Positions 50,913 to 62,500 of a stretch of DNA of 64,000 bases are shown here, one piece after another (the first letter of the stretch is position 1; every line of letters begins with the position of its first letter). A model generated the notes under the pieces. It was not told the origin of the DNA. It made no database searches and was given only the letters and a program-made list of their open reading frames with translations. Where the stretch lies: assembly GCA_001949185.1 (NCBI GenBank), contig BDGG01000009.1:1725624-1789623 (forward strand), written 5' to 3'. The DNA comes from Ramazzottius varieornatus (Eukaryota; Animalia; Tardigrada). Position numbers and translations under genes: made by a program.

Positions 50913-52772
50913 ATGGAAGCTTCTCCTCTGGTGACTAGTGGTACGGATGGTGACACCAACAGCGAGAGCTTTCCCAAGAAGCTTAAAGGTGAGGCGAGGT
51001 AATGATTATGCATGCTAATGACCGTCTGACCAGCAGTGAAACAAATGTTGGCCTGCGCATTTTTGCTTGATATTGGTTGCAGTGAATGACGACAGTTTGC
51101 GCGGTGTACCGAACGGGGAAGTGGTTCAGGGAGAAGCTGACTCGACGGACAACACAGAAAACGCCAAGCCGTATGAGAATGGGGACCACAAGGAGCACAA
51201 GACGAGCTGCTGCGCAGCCGCTACAGCTGAAGATGGAAACGGGCCCTCTACTAGCTCTGGAAATCGAGGGGAACCACTCAAAGCAGTGCTGGATGCCACC
51301 GAGGCGCAGTATATCGATGCAAGGACCACTGAGCAAATGAACGACATTGAGGCTGAGGTAGCTTTGTACAACTTCTGTATGACGTTGGGCTAAATCAGAA
51401 TAAAGCGTTTTTCCATGGCCTTTGTATCTCCTTAGATAAAGCAGAACTTGGCCTTCATCTCCGAGAAGGAAGACGTGAGCATCTTGGAAGAGGAGTACGA
51501 GGATGCGATTTACATCCAGAAGATAGCGGTGAATCCTAGCCGTCACAGTTGCTACTTACTCTTTGGCTAACCTTCTTATTTGGCCGAGGTTAGCGCGTCT
51601 CGCTTTTGATATTTGGGAAACTGTTGGGTGGTTGTAGGACTTAAAGACCAGATACCGGTGGCTTCGTCGTACGCGGGGAGATGGCAATTGCTTCTATCGA
51701 TCTCTGGGGTGAGTCTACGAAGGACTGGCCATTGTTCTGTTCAGAGGATGTATACCGCAATGTCCGCAACGTTGCCTCCTCCTCCATGAAGCGCTTTTCC
51801 CTTTCAGGCTCTCCCTTTTTGAGAACCTTATGAATGCCAAGGACATCCCAAAAGCAAATGCGTAAGTATTCTCCTGTAGTTGGAAGCTGTTGAATGAGGG
51901 ATGAGAATGGCTTCATGGTGCAGGTGCTTTACAGGTTCGCGGACTTAATGGTGAAGTGCAAGGACGAGCTACTGGAGATGGGTTACCCCAAGTTCACCAT
52001 GGAAGACGTAAGTGGCTTGTCTCAGGGCACTCGTTGCATTTGGTTATGGTATGATTTGATGACAGGACGTCTTCTCATTTTGCAGTTTGTGGATACCGTA
52101 AGTAGAGCGTATGAGACGGCCTTAAATCAAGTTGTTGACGTCTGTAGCCGTGTTCTTGGTTCAGTTCAACGACAACTTGATGCGAGCCATGGAGCAACCC
52201 AGTGAAGAGACTCTACTAGGGATATTCCAGGATCAGGGACAGTCAGACTTTATCGTAGTCTGGCTGCGCTTCTTGACTGTCCTGCAGTTGCGCAAAGAGC
52301 CAGACTTCTATGAGAACTTCATCGACACTTATCCTAATATTGTGGACTTTTGTCGGGCGGAAGTGGAACCGTTCGGGTGAGTATCCTCCCAAAGTAGGAG
52401 CTTGGCAAACACACGAGACACGATCGTTTTCCCAAGTGGCGTACTTTTATCGTGATATTGGCTAGAAGCATGCGCCACTGCGGCAGAACGTTCAGGTCGA
52501 GTTTCTGCGCCGAGGTCCTATTGATAGAAGACATGGTGAATGAATTGTCCGGTAGATATCGCTACTGTCTCCGCAGAAAGGACGCAGACAACATCCATGT
52601 TGTGGCGATAACTTCCCTGCTGAAAGTGAAAGTGCGGATAGAGTACATGGATCGCGGACAGAAGGTTAGCGCCCATGACTTCCCGGAAGTGGAAGGCGAC
52701 CCTCAGATCACGCTGCTCTATCGACCTGGACACTACGATGTCTTGTACAGAATGAGCCATGAAGCCCAGTGA
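50913..52772 (+). CDS. OTUB1: Ubiquitin thioesterase otubain
   Basis: LRRTRGDGNCFYRSLG (catalytic D/C), SDFIVVWLRFLT, FCRAEVEP, DADNIHVVAIT, ITLLYRPGHYDVLY (catalytic H). Confidence 0.94.
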
Positions 52773-52996
52773 CGCTACACCTATAGTAACCACCTTCTGT
52801 ATGATAATGTTCTTGTTACTGTTTCAAATTAACGAACTAATGTCTCTTTTTTTATACCCAGCCAGGCAAAACGTCTTATATGGTTCATTTTCTATTGTAC
52901 GCTTACTCTTTCAACGGTCAAGTTACTGCGATGGTGTGACGACGAGCAGTGTTTTGATTGACAGAAGGGGGTCCATGGGTATAGAATATGAACATA

Positions 52997-54049
52997 TCAA
53001 ATTTTGGGTGCGCCAAAAGCGTCAGGCAGTCTTTCAATAGTACATCTGCGGTTCTTGATGTACATAATGGGGATACCGGGTATCTTCCGTATTCGTTGCT
53101 GCAGGTCTTTGTCGCATGTTGCCACGATGTAGCACTTGTGCTGTGAGAAGAAGAAAGGGTAGTTGAACCTTCTAGGAGCATTCCCCGTCAAGGAGTTGAG
53201 AGAGTGGCCTACCTGAGTGACTCGCTGAACTAGACAATCGTCAGCGTAGGTCCCCTTGTGCATGCATGGCAGGCGTTCCACGCGTGGGTCCTTAACTATC
53301 CTGCAACACCACACCGTGATGAAGGGATACCGATAGCAGACTCCAGGACCAAAGTGCCAAGGACTTACTTGAGGGCAATCTTGTATTTACTGCCCAGCTT
53401 CTCCAGTTCGGCCATAACACAGTCAGTCACATAGGGAATGCACTTTGCGTACAAGCATTCCATCATTCCCTGAATGAGGTCGATCTTGTTCTTGACGCAA
53501 AAATTGACAAAATTGGTATCAATGACTATCCGGAACGGCGGCCCCAGTTGAGTGTTGTACTTGAAGAAGAGTGCGGAAGAGTACTTCGGCCTACAATACC
53601 AAATTTATGCATCACCTGGACATCACTTCCCGTCCGATGATATGGGATATTAAGGTAGGGGAATTTGACGAGCCAAGTTGCGTACGCTTCGTGAACCTGG
53701 ATCTCTTGCTGACTCGGATCTTTCGTTTTTTTTGAAATCTGACGATCTTTGGGCTTTCTGTGAAAGCAAAACCGATCTTGTCATGACTCATGAGGCAGAG
53801 GGAGACTTGTGAAAGGAACTTGAAGATGGTACGCTTATATCGTAGGTCAAGAGGTGAGCGTACATTCTTTCGTCTGATGGTCTGATCATCCGCTTCATCG
53901 CCGCAAACTTCTTCGTCTTCTTGATTTTACCCTGAAAATAAGCAGCAAACCTCAGACTTGAGCGCCGAAATCCAGATTGAATTTGGAGTGCTCGTCTTGG
54001 TGTTGCGGTCGTAGGATCAACATCAGTAAAGTGAGACTTGACTTACCAT
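52997..54049 (-). CDS. FCF1: rRNA-processing PIN nuclease FCF1/UTP24
   Basis: M|[99 protein letters not shown]. Confidence 0.96.
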
Positions 54050-55899
54050 CCTGGAGAGACCAGGTCCCGAGCGCGGTTGAAGTAACGGAAGCGGCAGCGA
54101 GTGCAGTAAATTCTCCTATGTGATCTAGGGATCACAGATGTTCTTCTTGATGAAATTCTGCGAGGGAAACATCCATTAAACGACATCAAGAGCACTGATG
54201 TGCTGCTGAAGCGCGCGTTGCTGGAAGGAAGGACACCGTAAAGTATCCTTGACGTCATGCGTCAAAGTATAATGCGGGGCAGATTTTAGTCATGACGTAA
54301 CCATTCTTTGACCTACAAGATTGTTAATGTGACCGAAAAGTAAGATCATTCAATGAACCTCCACTACAGCTTGGGTATGAAAAAGAAACAAAACCGCACT
54401 TCGGTTGATTGACTGCACCTGTTAGCTCAATGTTTGAAAAAGCACTTCTGCCGACATTCGATGCCAAGATTTCCTAGATACGAGACCTGGCTCCGGTAAA
54501 TTTATAGCCTACCATTTTGATTTCGCGCGTTTTGGCTTGCTATGCTCCGACAGACGCGCGCTGCAGCAGCACATCAGTGATCAAGAGACTGAAGAGAGGT
54601 CAGATGTTCCGTAATCCAGTTCAATACAGCATTACCTGATCTTACTGGCGGTGACTTCTACAGGCTCACAGCATGACATTGTAATTGCATAGTGTCTACT
54701 ACCAGAGTGATACACGTGCCGAAGCTGTTTGCCATGCCAGGCTTTATAGCATTGGATAGCATGGCACAATCACGCGGAGAGTTGGGTTCGGCAGGCTATG
54801 GGGTTCTTTTACCAGTGGAGAAAGCAGCACGTTTGTTCTGGCTGGTGTTCAGCATTGCTCTCAGTGAACTGACGCAGCTTTGACTTTTCTTCCCACTCTG
54901 TCAAGCAACTTTCTGCCGGATCCGTTGTTCCGTTTAAATGTCAGATTTTGAGGGCTATCTTTTTGCTCAAAGGAAAAAACATGTGCGGCCACTGCAAGCC
55001 GGTAGAATAATTAATACAGTAGTAAAGTTAACTGCGTGTTACAAACTGTACTCGAACAACACTTAAGACCATGATCCTACACACACTGTCTGATATGGCA
55101 TACTTCCACCAAACCAATCAGACATCTATTCGGACAGGTTATAATTCCCAGCTTGTCCTAAACATAAACTCCTGGTTGGCACGAACCTGTAAGGAGCTAT
55201 TAACAGGGCTGTGCCGTATGACGCAATGTTCGCGCGTTTTCACGAGCAACTTTTTCTTCCTGTGTGTCTGTTTGCGGAACCAACCTCGATCTTCTTCCCT
55301 TCCTGTCATCTTATGGTAAGACTTCTAACTTGATTTGTCGTGATTGCATACAGTAAGTACACCAGCTTTTTATTTGCAGATTATCCTGAACGTCTTCGCT
55401 CTGGACAAGTACTTCACCACCGTCTGCAGCTGCTGTCTGAAAGTCCATCACCGCGACTCGTCCCTGCCTTTTCCGTCTTCTTTCAATTCATCACAGATCT
55501 GCAAGTGCGTTCGCAGTGACAAAGGTGTGTAGCTGATCCATTTTACGTGTTCGTAGTACATGAACGTATACAGAAATCTTGTCATTTTCACACATGCAAG
55601 TGCTGTTACCCATTGATGCTGCGTACAACGTCACAATTCCCGTGTGCATCATACGCGACTACAGCACGTGACCTAGACATCATGCGTGTGTCTGGGAAAC
55701 ATATGCAGAGTATGCGCACTAGTGCACGCACATAGAGTTGCGCATGGGTGAAGCTTTACTTAGCAAGTATTTGCACATATTCGGCAACCAATCAGCACTG
55801 GTTACGCAGAAGCGGCGCGTTTTGAGGGACTTACGTAGCAGCAAGTGCGCCAACAATCCAGACGTTACTTGTAACAATTCATTGATATTACTTTTTTCT

Positions 55900-57663
55900 G
55901 TTTTCAGGCTACACGTTCCAGAAAATGCCATTTATTGCCGACATCACTCTGAAACCAGAGTTTCTTCAAGACCGCCCCAATGTAATGCCTTCGTTTCTTT
56001 AAAGAATTTGGGATTTAATTATTTCAAAAAATTTATTTGATATTTAATTCCAGTATCGAGCAAAAATTTTTCCAGATAGGGATGAGAGCAATGCGGTGTT
56101 TTTCGAGACACCGCATTGTAATCCAGAGTAAGTGCTATGGGCAGCAGCTGGACGCGACCTCAACTGAAGCATTAGTTAGTTGTTCGTAACGTTACAATGC
56201 CTCAAAAAGATCGGAATTCAACCTGGTATCACCTCCATCCGTAAAAAAAAACTCCCACGCTGGAAAATCTGAAAAGAATCTTTACTACGATGCAAGACCA
56301 GTATGGATTCCTCTATGCCTCGCCTCGGTTCTTCCTGAATGTAGCGGAGTAGAACGACGTCCCAAGAAGACATGACCTGTCTCCAGCCCCAAAAATGAAC
56401 CAAAATTGCCTCGAGTTCAACAACTTTGAGAAGCAGAACGTTCGAAGAGCTGGAGTGTGCTTGAGCGTATCGACTGCTGTCGCCATGTTTGTTCTGAAAA
56501 ACTCCGATGTGTACGGAACTGCCAGAGTCGCAGCAGCAGCGCTTTCTATCTCTTCTTCAACAACTTCTTCGATCGTCAAGACTCCGTGTCCGTAGAGAAT
56601 CACCACCAAAACCGTCGAGCAGTGACGCAGGTCAACGGACAGCTCAAGGTCAATTTAAAAACATCACGCAGCTCTAAAACATGTAGAATGATCGTATGAC
56701 TTGCAGGAATTTCAGACTGAATACGACTTCCTCGAAGAATACGTCAATAAATCTCCAAAGATGAACGCTTACCGGACCTGGTTCTCGTGCAGTAGATGAT
56801 GAACATCAAAAGTCACTTGTCCATCTCGCAGCATCTTTTCTCCGAAGGATTTGACCATTATGCTACCCAGACAATGAACCAGGATACGCTTGAGGTATGC
56901 TCAGTAGCAGACGTGAACACGTGAACCTAACTAACACAGTGTTTTTGTAGCGGTTTTTCTCTGGAGCTCGATCAATGCTTGGAGAAAGGCTGAACAATAA
57001 AGAGCTTCCTGGAGGATGAGTACAAATGGACCGAAGAGCCACTCCGCACGGAAGATCTGGACGAAGTCGATTTTCCTTGCGTCTTTCATCCTCTAACGGC
57101 TCCGTCCATCCAGAAACAGCTGAACCGTTTCACTTGTGCCGAATGTCGACCAGTGTACTTTTATACTCGGCAGGCGGATGGTAACATCTCCATCCCCGTC
57201 GACCTTCCCGGATCACGTACCTCAAGGACAGTGGAAACCTTTTTTACGGTACCGAGGAGTTGTACGAACATTTCATCAAACTGGAGTGTGAGTTTCGAAA
57301 GTACGTCGACAAAAGTATCCAGTTCAAGAATCCGAGGAAAGAACTACTGAAGGTCTTGGAGCTCCAGCGTACAATGTGGCCGAAGAAACTTCTTTAGCTT
57401 TCAAACTTCTGTTGCGAGATACGAGATGTACTTGTAACGCGTATTTGTTTTTCACGAACGCTTCAGATAGCTATATTCGGTTTCGTCTTCATTGCGAATT
57501 GTGTGCTCTGAAGAGGCAGCGCGTGGCAGAGCGTAAATCCAAAGCTTTTGCCAGCAAGGCGAAAAATGTGATTGCTCGAAAATCCAAAAGAGAGAAAACT
57601 GGAAAATCTCAGAAAGGCTCATGTGTGAATCGCCAAATTGCAAAGTTTACCTTGGGCAAATAA
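55900..57663 (+). pseudogene. Decayed P-element/THAP9-like transposase, relic 2 (5' limit uncertain)
   Basis: KMNQNCLEFNNFEKQNVRRAGVCLSVSTAVAM, LFFNNFFDRQDS, YATQTMNQDTLE-intron-RFFSGARS, SYIRFRLH. Contains stops and frameshifts. Confidence 0.62.
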
Positions 57664-58298
57664 AATCACTCACATTTGGTGAAGTCGAAACTCGAGTTAT
57701 TTCATCTCGTTATCACTTATCTACCTTGTTCTGTCTCCAATGTTGATCCGGTAATTTCAAATAATAGATGGTGTAAGTCTAAAGTAAATGAAGTAATGTC
57801 TCACTAGGTAAACGTGTTCTGCCTTGTCGGTTCGATGGAGCTTCACAATCCACCACCCACAGGTAAGTCACGCCCCGTGCACATAACCGATCCGCCCTCG
57901 ACTTGATGCATTTTTGTGTTGACCAATGAGGCGATTAGCTCTATTTTTGAAATTTCTGTTTCTACCTCTATTTGGGCGGAGTTACATTATCCAATCCCAT
58001 GGAGAAATTCTACGTCATCCAACTCTCCTCGTGATTTTCCATCAGAATTTTAGTACATTCTGCACGTGTATCACTCTGCTACTACTGCGCCCCTTCGGGT
58101 TTTTAACCCGTAGGAGTGACTCGTATCCCATTGCGGTAATTGGGCACTGTGAATGCCGTAAGTTGAAGCCTTGATTTCGCAATATCCATTTTAGAAATTT
58201 CGCCTCCACAAGTTAATTTCTCTTCCGTATTCCCTGACCCTGAGTGATTCGGGATCTTCAAGCAGTCAGGAGCCTTCAGTGGCTATCGTTGCGAGAAC

Positions 58299-59342
58299 AT
58301 GGGACGCAAAAACAAGGTGGTGGTATCATTCAACGATAAGGATCGCAGGTATGTCGTCTGCTAATTTTGCACGCTCGCGCGAAGACGATTGGGCTTCGCA
58401 CTTTACTGTTTTCTGCTTCAGGGATTATCTGACGGGGTTCCGAAAGCGAAAAGATCAAAGGAGAAAAGTAGCCAAGCAGAAACTTGAAAAGCGGATAGAT
58501 GAAGAAAGGAAAGCCCTGAGAGAAGCTGTAAGTTGTTCGTAAGCCGTATACAGACTGGATTACATCATGACGTCACGGCTTTGTCGGAATTTATGAATTA
58601 GTAAATCTTAGCTCCAGCTCTAAGCTTCTCGGTTCACGACCGCGATGACGTCATGCGTCTGTAAGGATGTCTTTAATGCAGTACAGTGCATCACTGTCAC
58701 TGATCTATTTCCTCCGGTAGAGACGGAAATCCGGTGGAATGACCAGAGCTCCAATTCCCCAAGATGTCGAGGATTTGGAATCTCGCGTACAGCAAGAAGT
58801 TGTGGATCTACCGACGCACTCCGTTACGGTCACGCAACTGGAAAACTTGGACCTTAGCCAGAAAGACCTCTTTCTCGGTTTCAACCACGTGCGTACTGTG
58901 TCTAGCTGGATCCACTCGCACGAGCAACTCTAATGTACCGCGCACAACCTCCTGCAATACAATACAGTAACTTAATAATTGTGTCATTGATAGGGAGGAA
59001 CCATTGTGAAGCTAGACGAGACAGAACCAGCACATGAAGAAGGCGAGTCATCGAAGAAGTCGGCGAAGAACCGCTCATCGCGACAGAAGTCATCCGCCAA
59101 GTCTCACAAAGGAGAAGAGACTGACCCCAAAAAGTACGGTATCTGCATCGACCAAGCATGAATGACAGTTGTTGGTCCTATTCAGTTGGTTCCTCGCCTA
59201 ACGACAGTAGAGATGTCAGTTTTTCCTTTGAAGACTGAAGGCACATGAGCGGATGTTAGCGAAGCTTTCCGGAAAGAACCGTCCAAGAAACCTCCGGGAC
59301 AAGGATCAGTCTGGCGGAGGCCGTAAGCGGAAAAAGCGATAA
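58299..59342 (+). CDS. NOL12: Nucleolar protein 12 (Rrp17/viriato)
   Basis: MGRKNKVVVSFNDKDRR|DYLTGFRKRKDQRRKVA...EERKALRE (Nop25 signature), HSVTVTQL, basic C-terminus. Confidence 0.88.
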
Positions 59343-59588
59343 GGTAGGATACATACAGAATTTTCACGTTTCAGGCGTGGCAAGCTTGAAAAATAATCAT
59401 GGAAGACGCACAATGAAAAGAATAAAAAATTCCACAGCTGCTAACAGAGGGGAGGAAGCCTAGAAAGATCACGGTTTTCAAACAAAATTTGGTTTCGTTC
59501 TGAAAGCAGTCTGCGAAGGCATGAGAATGGCCTCCTTCGCTCCATTAGCCAAAAATACTGCAAGAAGAAGCAAAAAGACCGGGTGGTT

Positions 59589-62500
59589 TCACGTCTTGAG
59601 GCTACCATTTCCATTGATCCTTCTAGAGTCCACATCGTCTTCATGTAAGTGTAACAAGCCGGACTTTTCTGTCGAATCTGTAATCTTGCCGTTCTTCTGG
59701 TAGAAGCAAGACTCATAGACGGGGTTGGCGAAAGCCACTCGGTCTGGGTGCAGCACGTCGCTCTCTTCCCACGTCTCATCTTTCAAGAACATGGGGTTGT
59801 TGATAGCCGCCTCGCTGTCAGCCTCTATCCCCACTTCTTCCATTAGGACGTGCTGGAATGGCTTAGCCTGCTTGCGCTTTCTCCAAACCAGTCCGGCACT
59901 GCCGACGCACAGTACCACAATGATGACTAGTATTGGTATGCCGATGGTTATGGTCGCTTCGGCACTTGTCATAGCACTGTTGCCGTCCTCTAAATCTAGT
60001 ATGTGCCTTTCGCAGTGCATACCCAAGTAATCCGGTGGACACCTTTGGAAAAATCAATAATAGTATATAAATATCCGATCAAAAATATTATAATGTCACA
60101 GTCATTTCGGACATCGGCGCATGCTGTCAGCCAACAACACCGAAGGCGTGCGCCACTTGAGATAACGATCTGGGTGAAATCCCATTTGGTTTAGCTAAGA
60201 AAAGGAACGGTTTTCTTACATGCAGGTTGGCGTAGTCTTCTCTCCAACTACTGGAAGACAGGTTGCGCCATTCTGACAAAAGTCGTGACACTGAATCGGT
60301 ACTTCACACAGTGTGCCGATCCATTCGGACGCACACCTGTCAAATCAAGTCAGTTCAGCAATTGGTCAGAGTTTTGAAGCTTGAGAGAAAGGTGGGCGAC
60401 TTGCACCTACTGGCAACGGTAGTGGTAATGAGGGTCCGACACGCATGTGCCTCCGTTGATGCACTTGAGTGCAGCGCAATTGGTGACGTATTCGCAGCTT
60501 TGCCCTGGATGCAAAACGTGAGGCCTCAGTTATATTCAGTGCGTAATTGCTTGCACGGAGAACCCACCGTAGAAGCCGTCAGCGCATACGCAGTGATCGG
60601 AATTGTCTTTCATGCAAGTGCCGTTATTGCGACATGCGCAGTCTTTATTGTCGAGATGACACCTGATTCCAGTCTTTCCAGCTGGACATTGACATCTTGG
60701 TGGGAAGCCGTGGATGCAAGTTCCGCTCTTGCAGTAGCCCTGGCAGAGATCATCTTCGCAGGTACTTCCGCTGAAGCCCGCCGAGCAAGAGCATCTCTTG
60801 GTACCGTCGCTCATGGAGCACACCCCTTTGTTATGACATTTCAAGTCATCACACTTCTCGCATTTCTCACCCTCGAACCTGTCCCGCAAAAGAAAACCCT
60901 GAATGTACTTCACATTGACGCAGCAAAGAAAATCGAGCAGATTCTTTGTGCAAGTGGCGCACGTATCGAGCCTATAACGGTAGGCATGTGCGCCACTTGG
61001 AAATAGACGATCTGGTGGGGATTGTATTCTGATGTGCCGTCTTATACTGTATGCATGGCAGATGACACTGGGAGTCAGTGGAAATAGTTGACTTTACCCG
61101 GGCTGACAGCGGCATCGTTCGGCTCCTTTGCGGTCAATGTAGCAAGTTCCATTGTTATGGCAGCGACCGCAGAAGCCTTCGCCGGTTTGGCAGTGTTCAC
61201 CGGTGAAACCCGGCAGACAGACGCAATGGGCTTTGCCTTCTTGAACGTAACAAGAACCACTGTTTCGGCAAAAGTCGTTACATTCTCGACGCGGTGTGTC
61301 ACATCTTTTGCCCATCCAGTCCGGCGGGCAACTACGAAGCAACAGTACAGCTCTGTGTCTGAAAGAGGCCGCTGAAGACATAATATTGAGAAAGAGCTGG
61401 TTGTCCGTACCTGCAGGCCAGAAGACCTGTGGAATCGACAGTGCAGTTTCCTCCCTGTTGACAGAAGTTGGCACAGAGGTTTCTCTGGCAGCGCTCGCCT
61501 TGGTACGGTGGCTGACATGTGCACTTGGGCGTCGTTCCATCGCTCAAGTTGCACAGGCCGTTGTTGTAACAGTAGGTCCAACACTTCTCCACGGCACATG
61601 CCGGCCCTTGAAATTGCGGCGGACATCTGGCGGGCAAAAAGGACGTTACGCTAGTCAGGCTGGAGCAGGGAAAATGCCACGTTGATGGTCGGGACTTACT
61701 TGCAACCGTAACCACTTCCGACCATCAGCGGACGACATTGGCCGTCATTCTGACAGGGAGGTTGGCACTTGGACTTGTCCAGACTTTGACACTTGTTGCT
61801 GACTGCATCGAAGACTGAGTATCCGCTGCACATGCAGTGGTGCTTGCCAGGTGGATCGGGGATGCACATCATGTCGGACGGACACCTTGCCTCAGCGCAC
61901 AAATTAGGCACTATAACAATGACAATTCACACTTGAGAAGCAGGCTTGCAAGTTCTCCAACAAGATTTGCTGCCATCAGTGTCAAGGAGGACTTACACTT
62001 CTTGTTCTGCTTCTGTTCTTGCAGTATGACAATGTTGGCTGCTCGGCCAAGTCCTTTGGCCAGTATCGTTGCATTACCAATGCCGAACTTGTTTATCCGC
62101 ATGATAGTCTTATTCTTTGACGTTGAAAGAAAGATTTGGTCCTCGAAGATGTCGATCTTGTAGGGCTCTTCTCTCTCTACATGATAAGAAGGGTTTGGTC
62201 ATCCGGCCTTGCAAAGATAGATTGTCGAGGTTACCGAGGGAAAGATGCGTCACTCGCTGTCGGTCCTTTCCGTCGATGGTCATGGACTCAATGGCGGCTG
62301 TTTTGGGGTCGGCCCAGTAGAGGCGCCGGTTTGCGTAGTCGATAGCCAGTCCCGTGGGATAGCGGATGTTCTGATTGACGAGAACCTTTCGCTCCGTCCC
62401 GTCATACTTTGCTCGCTCTATCCGTGGCCTTCCGGAGATGTCCGTCCAGAAAATGTAACCTGACTCGGGATCCACTCTGATATCATAAGGCTCGGCAAGG

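Noticed and set aside
60263-61006. 247-aa plus-strand ORF, and other Ala/Val-rich ORFs at 61-63 kb
   Set aside because: Antisense to Cys-rich EGF exons of the LRP gene.
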